In this document: positions 1 to 10,922 of the stretch, piece by piece
Numbering within the stretch: the stretch's first letter is position 1
Layout of the letters: every line of letters starts with the position of its first letter
NCBI RefSeq assembly: GCF_001194135.2
Contig: NC_068986.1
Location: 79,851,841 to 79,915,840, forward strand
Length of the DNA: 64,000 bases
Direction: 5' to 3'
DNA from: Octopus bimaculoides
Taxonomy: Eukaryota
The notes under the pieces: model-generated
Databases searched by the model: none
Told to the model about the DNA's origin: nothing
The model's input: the letters and a program-made list of their open reading frames with translations, nothing else
Program-made: the position numbers and the translations under genes

Positions 1-175
1 TGAGTAGTACCTGTATTTCAAAGAGCCAAACTTGTCATACTCTATGTCACGTTGAATCTACCTAAGAACTACGTTATAAGGGTACACCTGTCTGTGGAGT
101 GCTCAGCCACATGCACGTTAATTTCACGAGCAAGTTGTTCCGTTGATCGGATCGACTGGAGCCTTCGTCGTCGTG
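1..175 (+). mobile_element. SINE 3' portion (same family as 45135-45428)
   Basis: Reverse-complement similarity to 45135-45300 (gagtgctcagccacatgcacgttaatttcacgagca). Confidence 0.6.
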
Positions 176-1716
176 CCATCTACATATATACATTGGATCT
201 TTTCTGCTTGGTTGCTAGCGTCAATTCTCGGTTCGAATTGATTTCATAATCAGTATAATGATACACTTTTATAGGCTAATTAATGAGGTGAAAGTAATTT
301 TCGTTATAAATCAATGAATAAAAGGTTAGTAGTTACTAAAGTTTGAAAATTTTGGTATTTTAGCCAATTGTAAACCACAGACACATTCATGGCTGTTTCT
401 ATAGTATGCCTGTTGCCATAGTAATAGGCGAATCTGAGCAGGCTTTGAAAAGTCTTTTATCTGCGAGGAAGCACGTGCTGACGAATTTGACGCTGTGTAC
501 TGTGTGATTGTCGCAGCAAGCTCCAATAACTTCACTTTAATTATGGAAACATTGAAAACAGTGGATGATATTTTAGAAATTAAAACCGAAAGTTAGATGC
601 TTGTTTTTTAAGCATATCTAAATTGTAATTAAATATATTTAAATTGGTTGTTTGATGTTTGTTTCCTTTTGTCATTGAGCACTGAGATGGTTGTGAGGTG
701 TGCTAAAAATAACAGCTAAATAAGGTTTTTTAGATAAATCTTTTAAATTGAAGTTTATGAGTCAACATCACGCTCAGAGATTTAAAACTGTTTTTCTCTT
801 TTAAATTAACATAAACATTTATTTACACGAAAGAAACTTACCGGAGAACTTTCATCTAATTCTTCTAAATCTTTCTGTTAAAAATTGTAATGTGTTTATT
901 GCACGTAACGTGTTGTTTATCGCATTTGCATTAAACGCTGGTGGTTGTGAGATGTGCTAAAAGTAACAGCTAAATAAAATTTATTTACATGAAAGAAAAT
1001 TACCGGAGATATACGTGTTTCTTGCTATTTTTAGGATACTGACGACAAAGTGTGAAGTCACGCACAAAGGACAGCTTCCAAATCCTTTTTCCTGACTGGA
1101 TGAAAATGATCACACTTTAAACCTCTATAACATTTTAAAAACATTTTTCTGAAAAAAATGAAATAACTCCAGCAATTCAGTTTGTGCAACTGTATTATTG
1201 TGCGAAATTTTAAATTTTTCGGTAAACTTTAATTTTGGAGCCGCTGGCAAACAAACAGAAAAGATCCTATGCATTTTAATACATATAAAATGTATGTTTA
1301 TAGGTGTGTGCGTGTGTACATAAATATTTGCAAGTGGGCGTGCGTGTGCGAGTGTGCGAGTATGCGTGCGTGTGTTAAGTTACCCGTGTTATCTCCCTTA
1401 ACAAAACCACGTTAGAGAATCGCTGATTGCTATCACTCTGACAGCAACAAATGTCTGCGAGAACTTACCTTCACTTCGTCCTAGTAATTATAAGCAGTAG
1501 TAGCCTAAACGTGAATATTAAATAACATATTAGAGCAGGGCAGCATAAGATGTGCTTCTCATTGAAACGATGCAGGAAAGCTAATGTTATCGTTGTCCCT
1601 ACCATGTTAGAGTTGCTGAATACTGAACCAAATATGGCCACGGCTCCCGTATCGTCTCCATTTGATATGTATACTCTCACTTCCGCAGAGATTTTTTCCA
1701 TTTTTTTTTTGTACAC

Positions 1717-1772
<56 letters not shown>

Positions 1773-2175
1773 ACACACATACGCACACACACGTATACAC
1801 ACGTAGATATATATGTAACATACGTGATGCATACATATATNNNNNNNNNNNNNNNNNNNNNNNNNNNNNNNNNNNNNNNNNNNNNNNNNNNNNNNNNNNN
1901 NNNNNNNNNNNNNNNNNNNNNNNNNNNNNNNNNNNNNNNNNNNNNNNNNNNNNNNNNNNNNNNNNNNNNNNNNNNNNNNNNNNNNNNNNNNNNNNNNNNN
2001 NNNNNNNNNNNNNNNNNNNNNNNNNNNNNNNNNNNNNTATATATATAGTCGTTGATGTATTCGCTGCCTCTAAGTATTTGCGGCTATGTATGTGTGTATG
2101 TATGCTTGCGAGAGTATTGATATTCACATCTATACAGATATACTCGCGTACACACACTCACGAACAGATAGGTGT

Positions 2176-2217
<42 letters not shown>

Positions 2218-2632
2218 ACACTTATATATTTTTATATACATATATCTTTATATAAACACATACAGACAGATATATAGATATATAGATATATACATAGGCA
2301 CACAGACGCAAATATCTATGTGCATTCGTGTGAATGTGTGTGTTTGTATGTATGTGTATGTGCGTGTATGTAACAAGAGACGACGGGAGTATTCTGATGA
2401 TAGTAAGCAGATGCAACCAGTTTTATTTCGTGCGTGTGCGTATAGATACACGTATAAGTGTGTGTGTGTATACACACACATATATATATATACATATTTA
2501 TTCATATACATATATATATATATATACATATGTATGTATATATGTGTATATGTATGTATATATATATACATATATATATATGTATATATATGCATTATAT
2601 ATATATTTATATGTATTTATTTATTTATATAA

Positions 2633-2705
<73 letters not shown>

Positions 2706-2708
<3 letters not shown>

Positions 2709-2975
2709 AGGAGTGGCTGTGTGGTAAGTCGCTTGCCAACAAACCGCATGGTACACCGGGTTCATTCTCACTGCGTGACACCTTGAACAAGTGTCTTCTA
2801 CTATAGCCCTAAGGCCGACCAAAGCCTTGTGCGCGGATTTTGTTGACGGAAACTGAAAGAAGCCTGTCGTGAGTGTGTGTGTGTGTGTTTGTATGTGTGC
2901 ATGTGTGTTTGTGTCTCTGTTTTCCCCCACCATCATTTGACAACCGATGTTATTGTGTTCATGTCACCGTAGCTA
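2706..2975 (+). mobile_element. tRNA-derived SINE, family B
   Basis: Head gcaggagtggctgtgtggtaag with B-box-like ccgggttcattctc. Body caagtgtcttctactatagcc...gacggaaactgaaagaagcc recurs at many loci in the window. Confidence 0.7.
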
Positions 2976-2984
2976 TATATATTT

Positions 2985-3645
2985 TTAAATGATAAGAAAG
3001 CGGTTGAAAATTACTGAAATATATGCGCTGTGTACGAAGAGGAAGCTGTTTCGAAACGTGTGCGCCCGAAGTAGTTTTCAAGATTTCGATTGGGAATTTT
3101 GTTTTGTTTAACATGTACCTCGCTCTGCTCGGTCACCTGTGATTAACAGTGACACCAAACCCTGCTGTACGACCAGGATGATCGCAGATATTTGCCAAAT
3201 ATCCAAGTCGAGTGTTGAAAACTACCTGCACCAAATGAATCAAACGTCGCCCAACGGTTTTCTATCTGCTATTCGTTGCAGAAACGTGAAGAAAGTGTTC
3301 CTTTTTGAAGAGAATGGTGACGGGGCACGAAAAATAGATCGTCTATCACTGGGTGAAACGAACATGAAGGAAGCGCAGTAAACCAACACAAACAAGCTCC
3401 AAAACAGGACTTCACCTGAAGAAGGCTATGCTTTCAATTTGGTGCGACTGGAAGCTCTTATGCAGCGATCCACCACAAGTTTGCAGCAGTTGCTAATCAT
3501 AAGGACATTGTCTTTCATCACGACAATGCCAGACAGCAAAATTCTTCGCAGACGAAGCAGAAGTTACTTGGGCTTGACTTGGAAGTTTTGCCGCACGTTC
3601 CATATTCGCCCGATCTTGCACCTTTGTTTTTTTTGGGGGGGGTTT
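2985..3645 (+). pseudogene. Degenerate mariner (Tc1/mariner) transposase
   Basis: Fragmented translation RMVTGHEK*IVYH, FHHDNARQ and EVLPHVPYSPDLAP (mariner DDD-domain and YSPDLAP motifs). Stops, frameshifts, and a deletion of the WVPHEL region. Confidence 0.85.
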
Positions 3646-4248
3646 TTTCTGTTTTTCTTGGCTACATCAATCAAAATGTCCTAAACAGCGTTTCTAAAAT
3701 AAAATAAAAATGTGGACTACAAGACCAGAAAGATAGATAGAGGAATAGAGCATCACAGTTGTAGAGAACACCAGCCTGATCTCGGCGAAGTTTCGCGCCT
3801 ACTTTAGCGTGTATTTTTTAATTTGTTTTTCACGTTTATATATTTAAATTAGATCCTCATTTAATTATTGTATGTTTTATATAATCGTTTATTTATCCTT
3901 TGTTTTTAATTGATATCAAATTTTAAATATGTTCAATGTATCAAAGCTTTACCCCTCCCTTCGTTTTCGTATAAGCTTTGTCTTGTCTATCGTCGATTGT
4001 GATGTCAGGACTGTTGTCTTTTATCTCTCTGTCAATGTGAATGGACAGACCCCAAATGATAGTGACATTATTGTTGCCAGTGACCATGTTTAGTTACGTT
4101 CATACTACATCTAATAAGTCTTGATTTATAACCACTGCATATTTTCCACTACATTATTATGCCTGTGGGCATATGTAAGCAACTAGCCCCCTTCCTCTCA
4201 AATTTCAGGCCTCGTGCCTTCTGTAGGAAGGATTATTATCATTGTTAA

Positions 4249-4430
4249 GGCGGCGAGCTGGCAGAATCGTTAGCACACTGGACTAAATGCTTAGCGGTAT
4301 TCTGCCCGTCGCTATGTTCTGAGTTTAAATTCCGCCTAGGTCGACTTTGCCTTCCATCCTTCAGGGTCGATAAATTAAGTATCAGTGAAACACTAGGCTC
4401 AATGTAATCGGCTAGTCCCCTCCACCAGGC
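4249..4430 (+). mobile_element. tRNA-derived SINE, family A
   Basis: ggcggcgagctggcagaatcgttagca...gttctgagtttaaattccgcc...gtcgataaattaagta. More than 10 copies in the window. Confidence 0.75.
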
Positions 4431-4508
4431 ATCCACCGGAGACCAAGAGCAGCAAGGGCACTTTTGTTTTGCTATGCATGCTAAAATTATCACCACATTT
4501 ATTTCATT

Positions 4509-5738
4509 TTAGATGGAGAGTGCTTTCCGTAGTATATGCGCTGTACCCATCAAGGTTATCTTTTGTAGTTCACGGAGATTGGGGTTACCAGGGAGTTACT
4601 TAATATACTTCTCGGCTCCTTACGTTATCATTCCCATCGCACTAATTACTAATTACTATCGTAGTACTAAGCTTCCGCATTTTTTTAATTTCAATTTGCA
4701 AATCTTTATAGTGAGAAAGCTTTTCGTATTCTTTTCTTGAGACATTTTGATCTTGTGGGCTAGACATATCTATTAACAGAAAGGTTCCTCTGTTGTAGTC
4801 CTTGATCACATTATCTGGTCGATTGGAGTCAATTTTTCTGTCTGTTTGTATTGGGAAGTTCCAAAGGATAGTGACGCCCTCGCCATTTACTACATCCTCT
4901 GGATGGTGCCTGTACCAATTATCATGAGATTTAATTTTTTAGTGTTTACAAGTATTCCAGTGAACGTACTACCCTAGTCTGTCATGTCTTATGAAGTACT
5001 CCTTTTCAGCGAGAACTGGGTAGCCAGAAACAACATGATCAATTGTCTCTATGAATTTTCCGCAATTTCTGCACGAGGGGGAATTTTGTTTTGTTTAAGA
5101 TGCACCGCGCTCTGCTCGGCCACCTGTGATTAACAGTGACACCAAACCCTGCTGTACGACCAGGATGATCGCAGATATTTGCCAATATCCAAGTCGAGTG
5201 TTGAAAACTACCTGCACCAAATGAAGCAAACGTCGCCCAACGGTTTTCTATCTGCTATTCGTTGCAGAAACGTTTGCATGGTAGTTTCTGGTAAGTAAGC
5301 TCTGATCTTGCGCTGCAACAACAAAACCTTCTGTTTCCCCTTTCAGACCTGTCCCTTGTAGTCATTGGTATGTTAGATTTTGATCAATATTTTGGCTTGG
5401 ACAGGCGCTTAGGCTATTTTCCATGCAGGAGTTTTCTTTTCCAGTTGTCTTCGATATTATTCATGCAAACCTTCTTTGCTTTTTGTTTGATGTATTTTTG
5501 CATCAGTGATAGGTTTGTCACTATTTATATCTCGTTGGTCTTTCTGATTGTTAATTTCTAAATTAGGAGAAACAATGGTAGGTCTGTCAGTATTTGGGGG
5601 TCTTTGGCCATTCTTATTGTTAACTTGTACATCAAGAGACTTTTTAAATTTTTTACTAAGCTTCATGACTGAAGCTTGCTTGGAATCTTCATGCTTCAGG
5701 ATGTTATCCAAGTTTCTGGGTTGCAAATCCCTGTAACG
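4509..5738 (-). mobile_element. Dong/R4-type non-LTR retrotransposon 3' remnant (CCHC finger plus restriction-like endonuclease)
   Basis: Minus-strand fragments GETEGFVVAAQDQSLLTRNY, CRNCGKFIETIDHVVSG, NRPDNVIKD...LIDMSSPQD...KEYEKLSHYKDL and LQKITLMGTAHILRKALSI*. Interrupted at 5079-5273. Confidence 0.8.
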
Positions 5739-5740
5739 AT

Positions 5741-5844
5741 CCTCATCTTGTTTGTTGTTAACACAACATTTCGGCTGATACACCCTCCAGCCTTCATCAG
5801 GTATCTTGGGAAAATTTCTAAGGTATCTTTCGATGTTGTTGTTG

Positions 5845-5898
<54 letters not shown>

Positions 5899-5960
5899 TC
5901 TGGAATCGAACTCGGAATCTTGGAGTTAGTAGCCCGCGCTCTTAAACACTACGTGGGCAA
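5741..5960 (-). mobile_element. tRNA-head/(AAT)n/hammerhead SINE-like element, copy 1
   Basis: Same head, (AAT)n tract and tail as 9261-9655 and 27398-27811. Confidence 0.75.
5760..5805 (-). ncRNA. Minimal type I hammerhead ribozyme motif, family 1
   Basis: GATAC CTGATGA A GGCTG-loop-CAGCC GAA ATGT T GTGTT. Catalytic core intact; helix III palindrome altered (ACGT to ATGT). Confidence 0.65.
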
Positions 5961-5984
5961 TTATGGAGTGAATTTTAGCGCTTA

Positions 5985-6600
5985 TAAATCTAATATTTTC
6001 CCATCCATCCTTAATACCGGTTCCCATATGCTACTCATATCTGCACATGGTCTACTTAGGAGGTTGTTGTGTCCTCGCATATGTGCTGCTTCTTTTTCGT
6101 ATTTTCCAGTGGTGTTCTCTGCCTAATATATTAACTTCATCCCACGGGGGAGGTGTCTCCATTTTCCATACACGATCAGCTATACCCGATTTATCAATAT
6201 CTCCTCAAGTCACAGCTTTGCAATACTTGTCTACCCTTATTTTGAGGGGGCGACATGTTTCGCCTCTGTATAACCTACCACAGCTGCATGGGATAGCGTA
6301 CACGCAGTCTTTGGTTATATTCTCTTCTATTGGCGGTTTTACTCGAAGGAGGTATTTGCGAAGTGTTGTATTGCTCTTGAATACTACCCTGATGTCATAT
6401 CTTTTGTATCTTTTCGGAGAGGCCTTTCACATAGGGTAGACAGACTGGACAGTTTACTGGTTTCATCCTCTCTCTTTTCTTCATAACTGGAGTGGATAGT
6501 ATGTTTTTGGAGTAGTTGTTGCTTAATAGATTGTTATTGAGCTTGTGAATAACGATCGCTCCTTATATTCTTTGCTCGATGTAAATAATGTGAATAATGG
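5985..6600 (-). mobile_element. Penelope-like element, GIY-YIG endonuclease remnant
   Basis: Minus-strand fragments SLPYVKGLSEKIQK, DIRVVFKSNTTLRKYLLRVKP and DCVYAIPCSCGRLYRGETCRPLKIR. Frameshifted. Confidence 0.8.
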
Positions 6601-6619
6601 ACTCTCGGATAGATCTTAA

Positions 6620-6804
6620 TTACCGGTTGTTCTTTACTTGAAAGCAGGCAATTACAAATCACCAAATATTTCAAGTAGTGCCTTCTCCTGTGACTCAAAG
6701 AGACAATACGCTCTTTAGAATGCGAGCTGTACCAAACAATGCTGTCTTCTGGATCACTTCGAGCCTGACAGCAGCTCCAATATTCTTAATATATTTCCCA
6801 AAGC

Positions 6805-6805
<1 letters not shown>
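6620..6805 (-). mobile_element. 5'-truncated Dong/R4-type LINE 3' end
   Basis: GKYIKNIGAAVRLEVIQKTALFGTARILKSVLSL* resembles the C-terminus of the 4509 element. Abuts (TAA)n at 6806-6851. Confidence 0.65.
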
Positions 6806-6852
<47 letters not shown>

Positions 6853-7984
6853 CTATATACTACTAAAACTCAGTGATTTCCTGCCTGTCTGCCTGTCTGC
6901 CTGTCTGCCTGCCTGCGTGTTTGCATGCGTACTTGCCTGTAATTTTATACAGCCAAACCGGTGCATACTCTGAAAGTAAGGCACCCTTGAAATGTGAATA
7001 CAAACAGAATAAAACAAGTTTCGCATAAATCGGACTACGGATTGCCGAGATACGTGGATTTTTTGGGAACCTTCATAAATAGCCAAAATAGCACATAATG
7101 GGAAATACTCTGAAAGTAACATAACCCTGAAATGGGAATATATAATACTGTGTAAATTGATTCCATTAATTTTATGTTTACGGTATATAACAATTCTTTT
7201 GGCATTTTTGTAGAAGTGTGCACGTATGCCATACATAAATACTGTTACTGAAATTCAAGCTTATCCCGGAAGTTCTATTTCTATTAGATGCTGTAAATAA
7301 TCAATAAAACCTTAAATATAGACTTGTAAACTAGACCTATGATGACACGAACGGCTTGAAATATTTAACTGAATCATCATAAAATTAACTTTCATTTCAA
7401 TGCAATGTTGAAATCAGCTTCCATGTTTTATAACCTGAACCGTTAGTGACTCAACGGTTATCATTATTAGAGACGTGTAACGACAGTGGATTGGTAGCAA
7501 AGGCAGTAGATTCGCAGCATCATTAGAGTGTCAGTGAAACTGCAAAGTGCTAATGATATTTCTTCTGGTTCCTTACGTTCTGCTTACTGTTAGCATTGTG
7601 GATGATAGAAACGATAGAGCTACCATTACTTTCTAAGTTAAAATTTAAGCGCAGTTGAGTTACACCTCCACGAAACTTCAGTCAGGCAGGGAAGTACAGG
7701 GATCAGTCTCATCTATTTTTCCTTCCTTCAAAGTTATGTAACGTTGTTTTTGCCTCCCTTAGAGCGGCATACTAAGTATGTCGGAGTTGTTGATGCACAG
7801 GGGCAGCAACATTTAAATATATTCCAGGACAGTGAACAAGTGGTGACCGCTTCTATAATTTGTCTCTTTCAAGTAGATACATTCTTGGGTCAAGTGTTCA
7901 CTACTACTCTAATTTTCACTTAAGCTTTCTATTCAGAACTTGTTTTTGAGGAAGGAAAGTAACGTTCGTAGAAAAACGCTGGGT

Positions 7985-8420
7985 GTCAGTAAGAATAAAC
8001 TGGTTGGCACGTTACAGAGATTTACAACCCAGAAACTTGGACAACATTAGAAAATCCTGGCCTAGCAGTACTGATAAAGACTACAGACACAGAAATGTTA
8101 TCAAACGAACTTGCTCTAAATGTGTGCAAAGCAGCGAAGCCCTTCTGTACGCATTTGTTCAGTGTCCCGGTACTGTTGAACTGTGGAATTGTCGATCAAC
8201 TTTTGTCGCGCATAGGATGGATCTGGCTATCAGAATGTTAATCGTGATGATTATCAGCCGGCTAAATTTCTTCCGAGAAAAGCAGGCAGTTCTCTTCTAT
8301 CTGTTGGTTATGACGAAAGAGGTGATATAATGGACATAACTGAAAAGAATAACGAGAGACACATTCCTCCTCGGCTAAACCCTCGTTGACTTCTTAAAAT
8401 TCTTCTCGGAGTGAAAGATG
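7985..8420 (+). mobile_element. Degenerate LINE C-terminal remnant (L1/Tx1-like zinc-binding motif)
   Basis: CSKCVQSSEALLYAFVQCPGTVELW resembles the CxxC-x-ET-xxH-xxxC motif. Confidence 0.4.
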
Positions 8421-9260
8421 ACCGGAGAAATAGAGGTCTGCTACCCCAACCCCAATAAATTTCCTAATAAGTGGATAAAAGTGTCGAGTGAATGGCTGTA
8501 CGTATAGCAATGCCTGCATATAAGGGAATACTGTGCAGAATGGACATTAACCCCGTCTTTTCTAATACAATACTATTTTCCACCAAACTATTGTAACCAA
8601 ATGAAATATAACTTAATGCGGCAGCCATGTTCATTCTGGATCTGTGGGATTTCTTAATTGGCCTAAAGGGATGGTACTTTTCTCGTGTCTTCCTCATATT
8701 GTCATTTTTGTTTGTTTATTTTTCATTTACTTATTTAGTCATTCTTTCACTCATTTGCGTATTTTTATTATTTCATTCAATTTCTATGCAATACACATAT
8801 ATTTGATTTTTGTAATCTGTTTTGCAGTCTCGTCATCGCTTCCCCTTGGGGCAATAAACTGTAAAGACAAAATTATTCTTATCAGAATCATCATTATTAA
8901 GATGCTGAGCTGGCAGAATCGTTAGCACGCCGGGCGAAATGCTTAGCGATATTTCGTCTGTCGATAGGTTCTGAGTTCTAATTCCACCTAGGTCGATTTT
9001 GCCTTTCATCCTTTCAGGGTCGATAAAATATGTACTAGTTCAACACTGGAATCAATTTAATCGACTAACCTCACACCCAAAATTTCAGGCCTTGTGCCTG
9101 TAGTAAAAAGGCTTATTTAAGGTGGAGGGGAAACTAGCAGAGTATTTATCGCGCTGGACAAAATGCTTAACGGCATTCCTCCCGAGTTTACGTTCTGAGT
9201 TCAAATGCCGCTGAGGTCGACTTTGCATTTCATCATTCGAGTTCAATAAAATAAGTACCA

Positions 9261-9655
9261 TTATTTACATTTAACGGATATTTGTCCTCATCTTGTTTGT
9301 TGTTAACACGTTTCGGTTGATATACCCGCCAACCTTCGTCAGGTGTCTTGGGGAAATTTCGAACCTGGGTTCTTATTCCCAAGGTATTTTTCGATGTTAT
9401 TATTTTTATTATTATCATTCTTCTTATTATTATTATCATTATTATTATTATTATTATTCAGGTCGCTGCATGGAATCGAACTCGGAATCTTGAGGTTAGT
9501 AGCCCGCGCTCTTAACCACTACGCCATATGCCCGTGGGCATACGGTGTAGTGATATATCAGCCGAAACGTTGTGTTAACAACAAACAAGATGAGGACAAA
9601 TATTCGTGAATAGTAAATAATGTTCATAATTCCTCATCTCTTAAATATAGAACTG
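9261..9655 (-). mobile_element. tRNA-head/(AAT)n/hammerhead SINE-like element with inverted terminal duplication, copy 2
   Basis: Flanked by the direct repeat aaataagtacca (9249-9260 and 9656-9667). Splits a family-A SINE. Confidence 0.85.
9305..9347 (-). ncRNA. Minimal type I hammerhead motif, family 1 (3-nt deletion at the cleavage site)
   Basis: GACAC CTGACGA A GGTTG-loop-CAACC GAA ACGT GTT. Compensatory pair change in helix II relative to the other copies. Confidence 0.65.
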
Positions 9656-10138
9656 AAATAAGTACCAGTTGAGTACTAAAGTCGAAATAATTGACTTATT
9701 CCCTCCCCGAAATCGCTGGCCTTGGGCAAAACTTTGAAGCCGTTATGATTCTTTTCTTTTTTTTTTTTCTTTTTCATATGCTGCCGAGGTCGACTTTGCC
9801 TTTCATCCATTCAAAATCAATGAAAGAAGGACCAGTGAAGCACCGGTGTCGATGTAATCGACTAGCTCCCTTCCACAAAATTTCAGGCTTTGTACCAGTT
9901 GTAGTAAAGATTATAATTATTATTAAATCACCGTGCTGGCAGAAGCGTTAGCAAAACAGGAAATTTGCTTAGCGGTATTTTGTCTGTCTTTCCGTTCTGT
10001 TTTCCAGTTCCCCGTGGGTGGACTTCCATCCTTTCGAGATCAAGAAAATAAGTACCAGTTGCACGTTGGTATCGGGGTAATCGACTAGACCGTCCACCAA
10101 AATTTCCTGCCTTGTGCCTATTGTAGAAATGAATAGTC

Positions 10139-10175
<37 letters not shown>

Positions 10176-10881
10176 TAGTAGTATCATTACACACTAGGTC
10201 GGAATTAATGGATATGATCAATCATTTCAACCCTTCTTATAAATAATTCCCACAAAATGTAAGTTTTTATGGAGCTATTTTTCTTTCATTGCTGTCCACA
10301 ACATCAACTATAGTTCGTGTACATATAATCTACGTGTGTGTGTGTATGATATATAAAGGTAGATGTATATAAATACACACTTGGGTACATCATATATATT
10401 TATNNNNNNNNNNNNNNNNNNNNNNNNNNNNNNNNNNNNNNNNNNNNNNNNNNNNNNNNNNNNNNNNNNNNNNNNNNNNNNNNNNNNNNNNNNNNNNNNN
10501 NNNNNNNNNNNNNNNNNNNNNNNNNNNNNNNNNNNNNNNNNNNNNNNNNNNNNNNNNNNNNNNNNNNNNNNNNNNNNNNNNNNNNNNNNNNNNNNNNNNN
10601 NNNNNNNNNNNNNNNNNNNNNNNNNNNNNNNNNNNNNNNNNNNNNNNNNNNNNNNNNNNNNNNNNNNNNNNNNNNNNNNNNNNNNNNNNNNNNNNNNNNN
10701 NNNNNNNNNNNNNNNNNNNNNNNNNNNNNNNNNNNNNNNNNNNNNNNNNNNNNNNNNNNNNNNNNNNNNNNNNNNNNNNNNNNATATATATATATATACT
10801 TACACTTCCATATATTTAATCCACTAAGAAGCGCAGTAACTATACCGGCCATTAAGCCGTGCACAAAAGAAGTTTGTGCCC

Positions 10882-10922
<41 letters not shown>

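Larger units (their letters stand above)
8900..10135 (+). mobile_element. Cluster of four co-oriented family-A SINEs (about 8900-9115; 9120-9260 plus 9656-9750; 9775-9925; 9935-10135)
   Basis: Repeated ctggcagaatcgttagca / gaggtcgactttgcctttcatcc / aaaatttcaggccttgtgcct blocks. Confidence 0.7.

Noticed and set aside
689-1009. Two ~30-37-bp direct repeat pairs (689/943 and 818/979), possibly internal to a Helitron-like element
   Set aside because: No diagnostic termini could be confirmed; probably internal repeats of an old element.
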